A stretch of DNA of 64,000 nt from Ruditapes philippinarum (Eukaryota). The notes beneath the pieces were generated by a model. That model searched no databases, was not told where the DNA came from, and saw only the letters and a list, made by a program, of their open reading frames with translations. The position numbers were made by a program, and so were the translations under genes. Position 1 is the stretch's first letter. The number at the start of each line of letters is the position of its first letter. Location: assembly GCF_026571515.1 (NCBI RefSeq), contig NW_026857726.1, positions 1 through 64,000 of the forward strand, read 5' to 3'. Positions 31,677-44,560 of the stretch are shown piece by piece.

Positions 31677-32892
31677 ATATTAATTTATTCAACGAGTGCA
31701 ATAAATTCAGTAATGAACTTACACGAATATAATATTCTATTTATCACATATCCAAAATAAAGACCGTTTAAAGTGAAATAAGAGTCATTTTTCATTGATG
31801 CGCCTCTAGTATAACGCTAACATTTAGCGCGTCTTTACACTATGTTTGTATAACGCTCATGACGTCAGGTCAAAATATATACACGGCCGTGCAATACCAT
31901 ATTTACGGAGTCGTGAAATCGGCACGGGTGTGTGATAAAATACCGAATAACACTTTTAAAACGGAACTAACTAAAAATAAACAAGAAACGTCAAACGTCA
32001 CATTTGCCCCACTTTCTAGCCCTTGACTCATACTATTGGTAATTTTGTTATAGAAACATGCTATAAATGGGTATATTGGAAGTGTCCAGTTAGGAAAAAG
32101 AAAAATAATGACCAATATGACCTGAAACTGAATGAAAGCTATCATTTATAAGTTATACAAATTGGAGGGTAGCTGGAATAAAATACATATTTACATATTA
32201 TTATATAAATGTAACCATTCTGAAATCCCACCAGTAACTTGACCTGTGAAAGCCGGACAAGATTTTTCTATTTATAGCTCTGGCAGCCATTTTGTGCAGC
32301 AAAGCAGAACCTGCCAGTGATCATTGTGATGTGCAACACTAGGGATGGTACTGATTACTCCTGTAATGTTTGGTTGAAATCCCTGACACCACTAGTTTGA
32401 CCTATGAAGGCCTGACAAGAATTTTCTATTTTTAGCTCTGGGGGTCATTTTGTGCAGCTAAGCAGAATGTGCCGGTGATGTGCACAACTTGGGATGGTAC
32501 TGATCACTCCTGTAAAGTTTGGTTGAAATCCCACAAGTATTTTGACCTGTGAAGACTGACAAGAGTTTTCCAATTTTAGCTCTAGCGGCCATTTTGTGCA
32601 GGGAAGCAAAAATAAATACCTTTTAACAAAACCATAACTGTCACATCCGAAAAATCATGATTTAATCCACTCATTTAATTAAATTTCTTATACAGCCGAT
32701 AAACAAATGGCCACCATACAATGCGCGAAATCTGAGTGGCGTTTAAATATGTCAGACGTTTGTAACAGAATATTTTTGAACGCAATAATTGCCCATGCAC
32801 AGTCGGCGTGTTCGAATATATTTTTCCGTTCAAAAATTTGTAATCAATCTGTAACCAGTATGGCCGATGGACAAGTGATAGACTGATGTTTA

Positions 32893-34312
32893 TATGGGGA
32901 AGTCAAAGGCCGGGTACGCGAAGCCCGGCTATAGACTACATGTGTATATTTAAAAGAAAATCAAATAAAAAACAATTAAAAAATATATAGAATTCTATAC
33001 CTATCAATGAAATTTTCAGTGTCCGTTCTAGTCGGGCGCCGCCATTTACAATGTATGTCAATGATAATGGGTGGGGTATTCCGATAACGGAACAAATCTC
33101 AACTTTTCGGATTAGTAATAATCGTCAAGTGTTCCGAGTGAAAACGGAAGCGGTGTATGTAATATCGAATGACACCTTTAAAACGGAAAGAATGAAAGGA
33201 TTTTTTTAACGACTTCCCCGTTCATACGGGGAAGTCAAAGAACGGGCCCGCGAAGCGGGTCCGGGCTTTGGCTTGCCCGGCTATAGACTACACGTGTATA
33301 TTTAAAAGAAAATCAAATAAAAAACAATTAAAAAATACATAGAATTCTATACCTATCAAAGAAATTTTCAGTGTCAGTTCTAGTCAGGCGCCGCCATTTA
33401 CAATGTAACTCAATGATAATAGGCGGGGTATTCCGATAACGGAACAAATCTCAACTTTTCGGATTAATAATAATCGTCGAGTGAAAACGGAAGCGGTGCC
33501 AATCGCAACTACTCGGCCCTTTCCGTCAGTCTTCGGATAAGGACCTCGAACACAATAGTATGAATACACAGAACGGATGCGGTATTTCGGTCTAACCTAC
33601 GCTAAGATACTAAACATGTAAACAAATAGTAATTTAATGCTGGGAGTTGTTGACAAGTTTATTTCCAATATATGTAGTAAAAGTTCACCTAAAATAAGTG
33701 AATTCATAGGTACAAAAGCAAACAATACATTATTTATATATTTATTATTATGGTTGTAGAAACCGAAAGTACAAAAAGCCAACCGGTTGACATTTAGTCG
33801 GATTTGTTTAAAATTGAACATCAGTGGGCATATTTAAATTACAAATTGTTGTCAGACATATTTTCTAGCAAAAGAGTACCGGAACAGACATTAGATGTCA
33901 AATATATACATTCGTTTTACATTATCTCTGTTTCTGTTTACATCTGAAACCACGTGGCAGAACTACTTTCAATTCGTATTGTTTCCGAGGTTATTATAGA
34001 TAATAGCCGAGGCAGTTCCGAATGAAGCGGTGCATGTAATACCGAATGACACCTTTAAAACGGAAAGAATGAAAGGATTTTTTTAACGACTTCCCCGTTT
34101 ATAGGCGTTCATATAGGCTTTGCCTAATTTCATATTAGGCGGGGTATTCCGATAACGGAACAAATCTCAACTTTTCGGATAAATAATAAACGTCGAGTGT
34201 TCCGAGTGAAAACAGAAGCGGTGCATGTAATACCGAATGACACCTTTAAAACGGAAAGAATGAAAGGAATTTTTAACGACTTCCCCGTGCATAGGCTTTG
34301 CCTAATTTCATA
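32893..34312. mobile_element. Nested/tandem Helentron-like (HINE-like) elements, family 1
   Basis: Sub-TIRs GGGGAAGTC/GACTTCCCC, a 5' GCGAAGC hairpin and a 3' AGGCTTTGCCT hairpin. Units at 32893, at 33227 (interrupted at 33500-34024) and a partial unit at 34136. Confidence 0.75.
33500..34024. mobile_element. 525-bp non-autonomous TIR element with 9-bp TSD (MULE/AcademH-like)
   Basis: TSD AAGCGGTGC at 33491-99 and 34025-33. Imperfect TIRs CAATCGCAACTACTCGGC / GCCGAGGCAGTTCCGAATG. Confidence 0.8.
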
Positions 34313-35098
34313 TTATTATTAGATGTACATGCATTTATTTAAACGATTGCTTTTAAAAGGGCCGTGTTGGTACTGAAAAGGGCGAATAGTAATGGAGCGA
34401 ATCGGTAGTCCTATAAATATGACGTCGCTTTGAGATATGTTTGCTTCTGGGCAAAGCAACGTCATATCGAAATTGCTCAAAAACCCATAGCATGTTCCGA
34501 CAGAAAATCGGGCGGAATGAATACAATGAAGACAGCGTGTATTTACATAAGTTTTGACCTTTTTATGAACAAAACTAAAAAATAAATACCTTTTGTCAAA
34601 ATAATTAAACTGTCACATCCGAAAAATCATGATTAAATCCTCTCATGTATTTCAATTCTTTTTTACAGCCGATGCCATAAAGTGCACGAAATCTGATTGG
34701 CTAATTTAAATGCAAGCGTTTAACTGAGTCAGAACAATCTAACGGAATATTTTTTTAACGAAATAATTGCCCATGCACCGTCAGTGTGTTCGAATATATT
34801 TTTCCGTTCAAAAATTTGGAATTAATCTGTAAAGCACCTTGCTTAACCAGTATGGCTGATGGACAAAAATAGATTGATGTTTATATTTTATTTTAAATTG
34901 ATAAGTACATTGTTTGAGAGTTTTTGTGTATGATTGAGCATGAAATTGAAAGAAAAGAAGATAAGCTTTTGAATAAAGCTTGAAAGGCAAGACAATAGAC
35001 ATTTTTTTAATTTTTTATGATGCTATGCGTTTTGGAGCAATAACTATTAGACGTCAGGCTTGACCGACATAAACTATAACAAGCCTGTAACGTCTAAT

Positions 35099-36520
35099 AG
35101 CGAGCTCGACGAGCTGGCCCGAAGGGCCTGCTCGCAAAGCGAGCTTTACGGTAACGCGAGTACCTGCTAAGTGATGGTTTTGAAAACTTTCGTCCGAAAT
35201 ATAGAATTGGACACATCGCAACTTTTCGAATTTAAAGATAACGATAAAAACTGAGGAATTCTGACTGAAAACGGATGTGTAGACTGGTCACCCGCGCACG
35301 TCTATGGGAACCATAATTGGACAGGGAACCAGAATAACGGAAGCTGTGTATAAAATATCGAATGACAGTTTTAAAACGGAAATTGTAAAATGAAAATTGA
35401 TGGCGCCATTTTGTTTGAAAAATCTGATAAATAAAAACAATTTTTTGTCGAATTTTGTTGTGAAAACTATCTAGAATGAAAGAAAATGGTCTAACTAAGA
35501 AAATGAATCCGAACACCAATATCTTTTATTCAGTCGTTAACGCTGTACATAAGTTTAAAGTATTGTTTACATGATGTCACAATGTAGCGCCAAACAGCAT
35601 GTGCAAAACAATCAAATCAAGTACGCTATTTTAATGTCGCAAACCTATTAAGTTTTACATTTATTTACTTTTAATAATCTTTATTTCGCTTGAAAAATTA
35701 TAGAGTGAAATAAAATAAACAAACAAAGTTTTATCAACGTTTTCAAAACTCGATATTCATTTAACGACAGGGGCGGAGCCATATTTAACACAGTACGTGT
35801 CACGTCACACGCACTCGTCACTGCATTTGAAATTAAATGAGCGATTATTTCATACTATTTAACGTTTAAATTACATCGAGCTCGCTTTGAGGCTTTGCCT
35901 TTTTCAAATTAATCTTTATTTCGCTTGAAAAATTATACGGGGAAGTCAAAGACCGGGCCCGCGAAGCGGGCCCGGGCTTTGGCTTGCCCGGCTATAGACT
36001 ACACGTGTATATTTTAAAGAAAATCAAATAAAAAAACAATTAAAAATATATAGAATTCTATACCTATCAATGAAATTTTCAGTGTCAGTTCTAGTCGGGC
36101 GCCGCCATTTACAATGTAACTCAATGATAATAGGCGGGGTATTCCGATAACGGAACAAATCTCAACTTTTCGGATAAATGATAATCGCCGAGTGTTCCGA
36201 GTGAAAACGGAAGCGGTGCATGTAATACCGAATGACACCTTTAAAACGGAAAGAATGAAAGGAATTTTTAACGACTTCCCCGTTCATAGGCATTGCCTAA
36301 TTTCATATTAGAGTGAAATAAAATAAACAAACAAAGTTTTATCAACGTTTTCAAAACTCGTTATTCATTTAACGACAGGGGCGGAGCCATATTTAACACA
36401 GTACGTGTGACGTCACACGCACTCGTCACTGCATTTGAAATAAAAATGAGCGATTATTTCATACTATTTAACGTTAAAAGTACATCGAGCTCGCTTTGAG
36501 GCTTTGCCTTTTTCATATTA
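35099..36520. mobile_element. Helentron-like family 2 element with duplicated 3' end and a family 1 insertion (35938-36310)
   Basis: Sub-TIR AGCGAGCTCGA/TCGAGCTCGCT, GGCCC-GAA-GGGCC hairpin and a 3' AGGCTTTGCCT. 35702-35910 is repeated at 36310-36520. Confidence 0.7.
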
Positions 36521-36907
36521 TATTGGACTAGGCGAATCGGGTGGTCAAAAAGACACTTCACAACCATGCTCAAAAAGTATTTAAGAATGATATTATGATT
36601 TTTTTTTTGATTTTTTTATTTACCAATATTTTTTCAATATATGCCGCATTCTGCTTCACTCTGTATCCAGGAACAAAATTTTAAGAAAATCGACATTCAA
36701 GCCCATGGGAGCGGCCATTAATATCATAAGTGAAATCATTTTTTTTATTTTGCGACTTTAAATATTTCAAAAACAATATGGTAATATTTAATATTGAAAA
36801 TATTTCAACCTTTCAATTTTGGCAAACTATTTAGTCGTCTAATATGTTATTTTATTGAAATTGTTTTTATTACATAATGTCGTAAAAACGGTGTTGGGGT
36901 AACATTT

Positions 36908-37423
36908 CAAACTCCTCGCAGCGGTTACTTCCCCTGATCTGTACAGTAACCACTGCCACCACAAGTAAATTCGGTCGAATATAGCCGGATATATTTTTTT
37001 CACTTTTAATTTTAAAATATAATACTTTATATCATTTTAGTTTTCTTTCGTTAGATAATTATGCTTAATGTACAAGAAAGTAAAAAAATATACGTATAAA
37101 AATTATTTTGTAAACATAACGAAAGATATTTTCACTGTGACACCGTATGCATAGTAAACAATGGTAGAATATAAACAGTTATTGAACGATTGCACAAAAA
37201 GATTTGATCCGGCACTTGTTTTAAAGTGATAACAAATTGTATTTCTTGAACTTATTTTGTCTGGTAATGATGTAATTATAAATCTGCCAGTTTGATATGG
37301 GATCCCTGGCGTTCTGAAACTGGCCGGCATGTTTTTGTCACATGATACAACTATCATCACGTGATTTCAGTGGTGGCAGTGGTTAAAGTAGCAAAGCGTG
37401 ACGTAACCGCTGTGAGGAGTTTG
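36908..37423. mobile_element. 516-bp TIR element with 9-bp TSD immediately upstream of LYRM4
   Basis: GTAACATTT at 36899-36907 and 37424-37432. Imperfect TIRs of ~55 bp: CAAACTCCTCGCAGCGGTTAC...AACCACTGCCACCAC / GTGGTGGCAGTGGTT...GTAACCGCTGTGAGGAGTTTG. Confidence 0.85.
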
Positions 37424-37452
37424 GTAACATTTAGGCAAAAAGCACAACCAAA

Positions 37453-40400
37453 ATGTCAAGCGCACGATCTCAAACGTTAAGTCTCTACAGGAAGCTCCTA
37501 AAAGAATGCAAGAAGTACAATTCATATAATTTTAGGTATTCAAAACATTTCAAGTTAGAATTTTTATGGCAGAATCATAAGATTTAGAAATCAAAAGTAA
37601 TTTTTGTGAATCTAAGGTGTCCTGTTTGTGCCATCTGATCATAGTTGTATTTTTAAATTTAAAAGGTGATTCTGTCAGTTGTCTTAAAGACAATGCGAAA
37701 ATAATCGATTTGGCATTTTACAGTAAGATAATAAATGCACTATATGAATGATACACTTCAATTGATAGTCATGTACATGTATGATCAAGTTACCAGGTTA
37801 CAAGATATTGACCAAGACTAATTTCACTGTTAGAAATACTGTAGTTCTGGCTTCCAAAACTTTATAAGCCGCTTTTTAACATTTTTGTTTTTCATCAGAT
37901 GCGGCATTAAAGTTTTGGATTAGACCCGTTACGAAACCTAACCAGAATAACATAAGTTGATTTATTCTTGTTTTTCACTTGCAAATACACTTGACCCGAT
38001 CAATTCTTGTGCATTTTACGGTAAAACAATTATTTAAATATCGTTCTTAACCAATTCAAGTAATAAAATATCAATACCGTCATTAAAATTGCCTATTTAA
38101 CTGTAAAACATCAATTTTCGCCGACTACAGTCGGCCATGACATTCATGTGCCACGCGAGACCTCGTATGACGTCATTCGCGGGAACAGATTTGAATAGAG
38201 TTGTGTACTATATTTAGAACATTTTGTTGACATGATTTCGATATTTTTATTCAAGATAATGTTTTTATTTATTTTCATAATTTTTTTAGTATTTAATTAT
38301 GATTTTATTGAATATAACAGTCAGTAAATAACCTTTTTCAACATCTTAAAAAAAAGTAATCTATAAAAATATTGGAGGCACATGGGTTCATAAAGGTCAA
38401 TCTCGTAATCACGTGGTCAAACATTTTGACAATATGGCGGCCAAGTGCCGAAATTTTTACCTGTCGGAAACTATTAGGTAGTTTATGTTCCTAATAAGAT
38501 TTTTATTTGCCCATTATTGGCTTATCAACAGATTATATATCGTTTTATCAAGGTATGCTTCACTTTACTTAGTGGCATGTTCGATAAATAAATACGAGCG
38601 TGTCAGATTCCTGGCACGATTATTGGTGGACTTTCCCTACGGGGTTATCTTCAGCGTTCACGTCATGTCATATATATAAACGGGTACGCTGAAGACCTTA
38701 AGCTAGAAATACTGTAGATTGCTTGATTTTTGTAATGTCATTTCCAAAAAGTAACTGACAAGTGCAGTTTATACTCAGTGGGAGAATTCAAACCAATTGT
38801 AACTACCTCTTCAGGTCTCATTATTATAGCAATTCATCAGTCATAAGTTATGTCACAGATGTTAGGTCTCTTGTTATGTACAGGCTAACAGAGTCTTTTA
38901 CTATGGTAAGTATTTTTAACCAGGGCCAACACTGTGAACTGAAGGATTGTGGTATTCATGCACAAGGAGAACAAGAAATAGCAGTTGCACCTTAATGATA
39001 TTTTAACACCAAGGTCACTGTGAGTTGTAAAACTCTGGTTCATGTCGCCAAACTTAACACCCAGTTTAAAAGAGACATCTTTCTTCTTGTTACATAAGAG
39101 ATTACATGTCTATGTCCATGTGAGGGGTTTGACATTTAAATAATGGCAGGTAGATATATAGATTTCCTTAAAAATACAAATATTTGAACTCAGTACATAA
39201 ACGACAAGGTACCCCATAATTTTTGCGCATACATTTCTATAATTAGTTTTTTTCTCTATAATATATGGCCAAGTGACGTATTTTCATATTAAACAAATTA
39301 AAAACTTGTTTTGCAATGGGTCTCAGGTGAGCCATCTAGGGTCATGTTGGCCCTCTTGTTTTCACTCATAACTTTATGTATGTTTTTTTGGTCAGCATCC
39401 TTCATATTTTTGATATTATATCATGAGATAATCTCTGCTTATGTTTTGAAAATTTAAACAGGGTATTTTTACCTTATCAGAAGGGGCTGAAATAAGGCCC
39501 CATTCCAAATCTTAAATAACCAAATTTTCCCCCAATTTAAGAAGACAAATCCCAACAGCAGCCTAAAAATATCAAACTTTTTCAACTTCTGACACAAATT
39601 AAACTGTTTTAACTAGTTCCTTAAAAGAAGTGACTGGTTATATGATTATACACATGTTAAAAAATTTAATTTTACAAATCATGTATTAGTAGTTTCCAAC
39701 ATTTTTCAAATTTACGAAAATGTTTAATCATTTTTCCCAATGTATTCTAGGGGCCTTTTCCCAAAATTGCTGGAAAAGGTCCTGTGAAAAGTACAGTTTT
39801 GAAGATGGAAGTACATCTTATTGATTAGTTTCTTGTTTAAGAAAGATTTTTCTTTAAATGTAATCAGTTGTTATTTAAATGTAGTTAGTGACTGCATTGT
39901 CAGTATTAAGACTAGTAGCTACATATCACTTTATTAAATATAAATCATATATCTTAAGTAAACCTGATTTTTTTTTAACATGTTTTCTAGAATGTATGCA
40001 CTGGAAAAGACGAGATATGACTTCCGTGCTAATAAAGATGTAACAGATCCACAACAAATGAAAGCTTTACTTGATAAAGCTCAGGATAACCTTAATATAA
40101 TGAAAAGACAGGTAATTTGTGTATTATGAAATATTTAATTCTAATTACCAGTTTAAATTGGATTATTATTATGTAAGAAAATATACATTGTACAGTCATG
40201 TACCTAATATAGTCAATGCAGTCAATTGCTTCCAGAATTATGCCCCATGTCTAACAAATGCACCTGTTCATGATCCAAATTTCATGTAGATAACTTTTAA
40301 CATGTTTATATTATGAGCAACATTGAAGTTTTCTCACAACACTGACAAGTTCACAACCATCATATTAGCTTAACTTTTTCCTTGAAACACTCGTGCTAGA

Positions 40401-40636
40401 AATCTGTTTTATTCCAAGAGCAATGTTTGAACAAGTAGAATTTTTAAGTACACAATGTCCTTACATATTGTGTTTATCCAGACAGTAGAGTACCTTTCAC
40501 ATACGAAATGTCAATCTTTTTCTTTACAGATTGAGCCCTCAATATTATTTTTGTATATTTTCAGGTTTTGATAGGACAAATGTATGGTGAAGGACATTTA
40601 ATTATTGAAAACGCGGAGTATATGAAGAAATCTTGA
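37453..40636 (+). CDS. LYRM4: LYR motif-containing protein 4 (ISD11), 91 aa, 3 exons
   Basis: Exons 37453-37535 (MSSARSQTLSLYRKLLKECKKYNSYNFR), 39991-40111 (MYALEKTRYDFRANK...IMKRQ), 40565-40636 (VLIGQMYGEGHLIIEN...*). The LYR motif and ISD11-type YN.R / RQV.IGQ.Y motifs are present. It is absent from the ORF track because the exons are short. Confidence 0.93.
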
Positions 40637-41614
40637 TGATCAAATTTGGTTGTTGGAACTTAACCAGTATACAGTAATTTGCCAGTGATGTTGTGTTATC
40701 AAAAACTCTAGCTTGATACCAAAGTGTATACATGTGTTATAAGATCTTGGATCATGCATTTATGAGCCATATAAAACTGTGTAGAATTTAAAAGCTACAT
40801 TTTAACAAGTTGAACTTTTATTGTAATATTGTAATGCATGTCAATACAATAGTACGAAGATAAATCAACTGTTAAGAAAAGGACATTGTATTAATTCATT
40901 GGAGAACTGTTTGGGTTTTTTTTAACCTTTTTGTAAGGGGGTGGGGGGAGGGGTATTAACAAGTACAACATATTTTTCATTACTTATAAACTTACTATGT
41001 GTGTATTTGTTTATTTGTATGGGAAACTAATACTGCACAGTCCCTAGAGATTATTTTGTATTAGTTATGTTTATGGAATAATTTTGCAAAATTGCCATGT
41101 TGTATTTGTTAATGAGTAGTTAAAATATGGCTGTTAATACCTCACGATAATTTTCAAATTTTATACTTGTTTTCCATTTTGTCTTTATGTTGTTTGCTAT
41201 GTTTTTACTTGATGTATGATAGAATTATATTCTAGATAAAATATAACTTGTATTGATATTATATACACGAAGCTTTCCAGAATCCAGAAGATATTACAAT
41301 GCTTATGACAGTATGTCCTTGTTTTGTGTGTCTACTACTACCAGGTGTTTTGAAGGGCTTCAGAATCAGTTTTAAAATTGAGTCAACAACAATGTATGAT
41401 GTGGGAAAATTGTATAAGTGTGCTAGTTACTGGTGGCAATCAATGCTTGAATTTACAGTCAATGCTTGAATTAAAACTTTTCATGAAGTTAATTATATAT
41501 TAATTATTATACAGTCATTTTGGTTTTAATAAAAAATGTCTAAAGATTTTTCCTTGTAATTGGTCTCTTAATCTCAAGGTAAAATTGATAATCTTACAAG
41601 AAACTGTCAGAATA

Positions 41615-42214
41615 CTGTATGTGTATTTAAATTCGCGGAAGCAAATTTTCGCGGAAAGGTCCAAAGTCCACTTTGGGGGTCTATACAAATATTCGCGCTA
41701 TTTTGAATTCGCGGATGTGACTGCCGAAAATCATGAATTCGCGTTGACCACTCAGGTTAAAAAATAAGGAAAATAACTGTAATCATCGTGGGAGTTCACA
41801 GTTATTTTCAATTGTCAAACAATATCTATTGTACAGAAACAGACATTGTCTAGCGGACCTATTATATAGCAAACAAAAGAATGCCCGTTAACGTGCATAA
41901 TTATTCACAGTTTGCATTATAAACGTCTTGACATCTGATCAGATCATGTTTTGGTTAATACAAAAAACACAAACATAAACGATTTTAAATGATGAATAAC
42001 TTAGAAAACAAAACACAATTACTCAGTAAACATTTAAATAAAAAGTGTGAAAGCATATCACACTCTGACACACATTATTCTATAGAAGCGCGAAAATATG
42101 ACTATTAAAAAATTATTGGTGTAGAAATATTCGCGCTAAACATGAATTCGTGGATCGAATGTCAACGCGAAGATAGTGAAAATTTGAAGCCCGCGAATAT
42201 TTCTACACATACAG
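41615..42214. mobile_element. TA-flanked MITE
   Basis: TA|CTGTATGTGTA...TACACATACAG|TA with repeated sub-terminal ATTCGCG/CGCGAA motifs. Confidence 0.75.
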
Positions 42215-44317
42215 TACTTTGATTGTTCTACATTTTATTTTGTAAACCATTATAGTCCAATATTAGGAAAAAGGAAATCATTAACTGCTATGATGTTTTC
42301 AGCCACAAATATCCATTTCTTTGACTCATGCAAGGAAAGTTGATGTAAAGTAATGTACCTTTGTCAAAAGGTTAGCTTGGACATTCACGAACAATATCTT
42401 TCATTGGTCGTAAAGATACCTCATTTTGTTTTGTTTGGTTTTACGAAGCTCCAGCACAATGCAGGTTATATTGCACCGAAACAGGAAAGGTGATTTTGGC
42501 TAACCTCAGGTGTTACAAACTTAAAGCAACACCAGGGGTTAAAAGCACCTCACCTGCTAGAGCTAAGAGATGCATAGAATCCAGTAATTCCAACCCATTT
42601 AGTCGCCTCTTATAATCACACAAGGATAAGCGATGACTGCAATTCTGATGCCTCAACCCTTAGAGCAAACCCCTCGGCCACAAGTGTTCAAGATACCTAA
42701 AATTAAAGCTGAATATCTTTAAATACTTTGAGTCTATAGATGCCAAGTTTTAAGTCATGTCACTTTATTTCACCACCATAAAGAAATTTGTTCCTAGTAA
42801 TGACATTGCACTTGTAGTTTAAATTTCTACTACAAGTATATATCTATGTGACATATGAAAGAATGATGTTTCAAATCATAAATTTGACTGTAAACAAAAT
42901 AACTCAACTGTTCTAGTGATAGATCCTTACTCTGATCTTTCGAACATTGGCATGTGCTTTACTGTAAACAGATTTAGATGAGATAAAATTCTTACTGTAA
43001 TCCACTAATCTGATCATTCAAACTAGACAGAACTTAGGTTATGCAGGAGTCTTTGCAGTAGTAAAAGATATACAATAAAGAGAAAACAAGGGTCATGTCA
43101 TATATCATTTATTCAACAAATAATAAATTTGATGTCCTTCAACATCACAGATTTGTTACAGAATTCTTAATCCAAGATCAGTGTTTGTGTGGTCTTCCAA
43201 ACTAAAAATACATAAATTCTAATTAAAGGTGCATAGAAAAATTGAAATATTATTCCTGAATGAAGCTAAAAATTTGAAATATTATTCCTTAATCAAATGA
43301 AGCAAAATTTTGTTACCCCTTGAACCTACTGAGTACAGAAAATATCAAGTGATTAGACTGTGTCACCAGTCTACAACCAGGCTAGCCTTCACGTCCATGC
43401 AGTCTGACCGGGCTCTATACTGTTGGTAGCTCAATTTTTGTATTTTGATATTGAAATCCTTTAAATTCTTAACCGGACAGTTCTTAATTCAAACCAGGGC
43501 AAATCTGTTACAAAAACTCAGAAGGTTATGGCTTAAACCTACCTTTTTTCACCAAATGACCTTGACCTTTATCAATGTATTAAAATTGAGCAGTCAACAG
43601 TAGAGTCCAGTCAGAGTACAGAGATGTGTGTTGAACTGGCCACGCTCTGTGGTGATAGCACTGGTCACATGACATAATCACCGCTAGCAACTAGAGGAAC
43701 CAAAATTGTTGCTGAGAAATTCAAAATCTTGTGTGAGGAAAAATATAAACCCTAATGAAGAATTTTAGTTATCTTCCCGTAAAACATTTAAAAAGATACC
43801 ATTGAAATATATTTTTTTAATGAAATACATTGATAAATTTACTGTCAAAATTCTCTTTAAATAATTCCAAAATAACTACTGGTAAATATATAAGGAAATT
43901 AAGACTTCCTGCAATTGTTTCTTTTTAGAAAAATACCAAAATGAATCCTTTTACATTCATTTGCAAAACAAAAATTTAATTAATAAATTATCACTAATTA
44001 CAAAACAAAACAAAAATCTTTTTAGCAAGAAACTAGCTGATTTAAAATATCTGATGGTTATATTGGTTATAAATATATGTTTTAACTTCATGTTATTTCT
44101 TTCTAAGGACAGAATATGCTAAGACAAATGCATCTTTACTTGTAATAATGAAAAGCATTTATTGTGGAGAGCCTTTTGAGTTTAATAAAACTTAACTACA
44201 CTGTGTATCAAGTACAAGGTACAACATTAACTAAACTGCCTGTTAAACATACTGAGCGTTCACCACAAAACTTGTTACTTAGCGTACAATGCTGAGTTAG
44301 CATACAACACTTAGCAT

Positions 44318-44560
44318 AAATGAGCCACGTCACGACAAAACCAACATAATGGGTTTGCGAACAGCATGGATCCAGACCAGCCTGCGCATCCGCGCAGTCT
44401 GATCAGGATCCATGCTGTTTGCTTACAAACCCTATTACAAGTAGAGAAACTGAAAGCGAACAGCATGGATCCTGATCAGACTGCGCAGATGCCCAGGCTG
44501 GTCTGGATCCATGCTGGTCGAAAACGCACTATGTTGGTTTTGTCGTGACGCGACTCAAAT
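44318..44560. mobile_element. Palindromic fold-back MITE
   Basis: Nearly whole-length hairpin TGAGCCACGTCACGACAAAACCAACAT...ATGTTGGTTTTGTCGTGACGCGACTCA. A second copy lies at 48970-49212. Confidence 0.85.

Noticed and set aside
35950-35995. GC-rich double hairpin resembling a parvovirus/AAV terminal repeat
   Set aside because: There is no NS1/Rep or capsid remnant nearby, and it is an integral part of a multicopy HINE-like element.
37103-37360. Minus-strand ORF (MPASFRTPG...) as a possible FARS2 first exon or targeting peptide
   Set aside because: It lies inside the TSD-flanked element 36908-37423 and has no convincing phase-2 donor.
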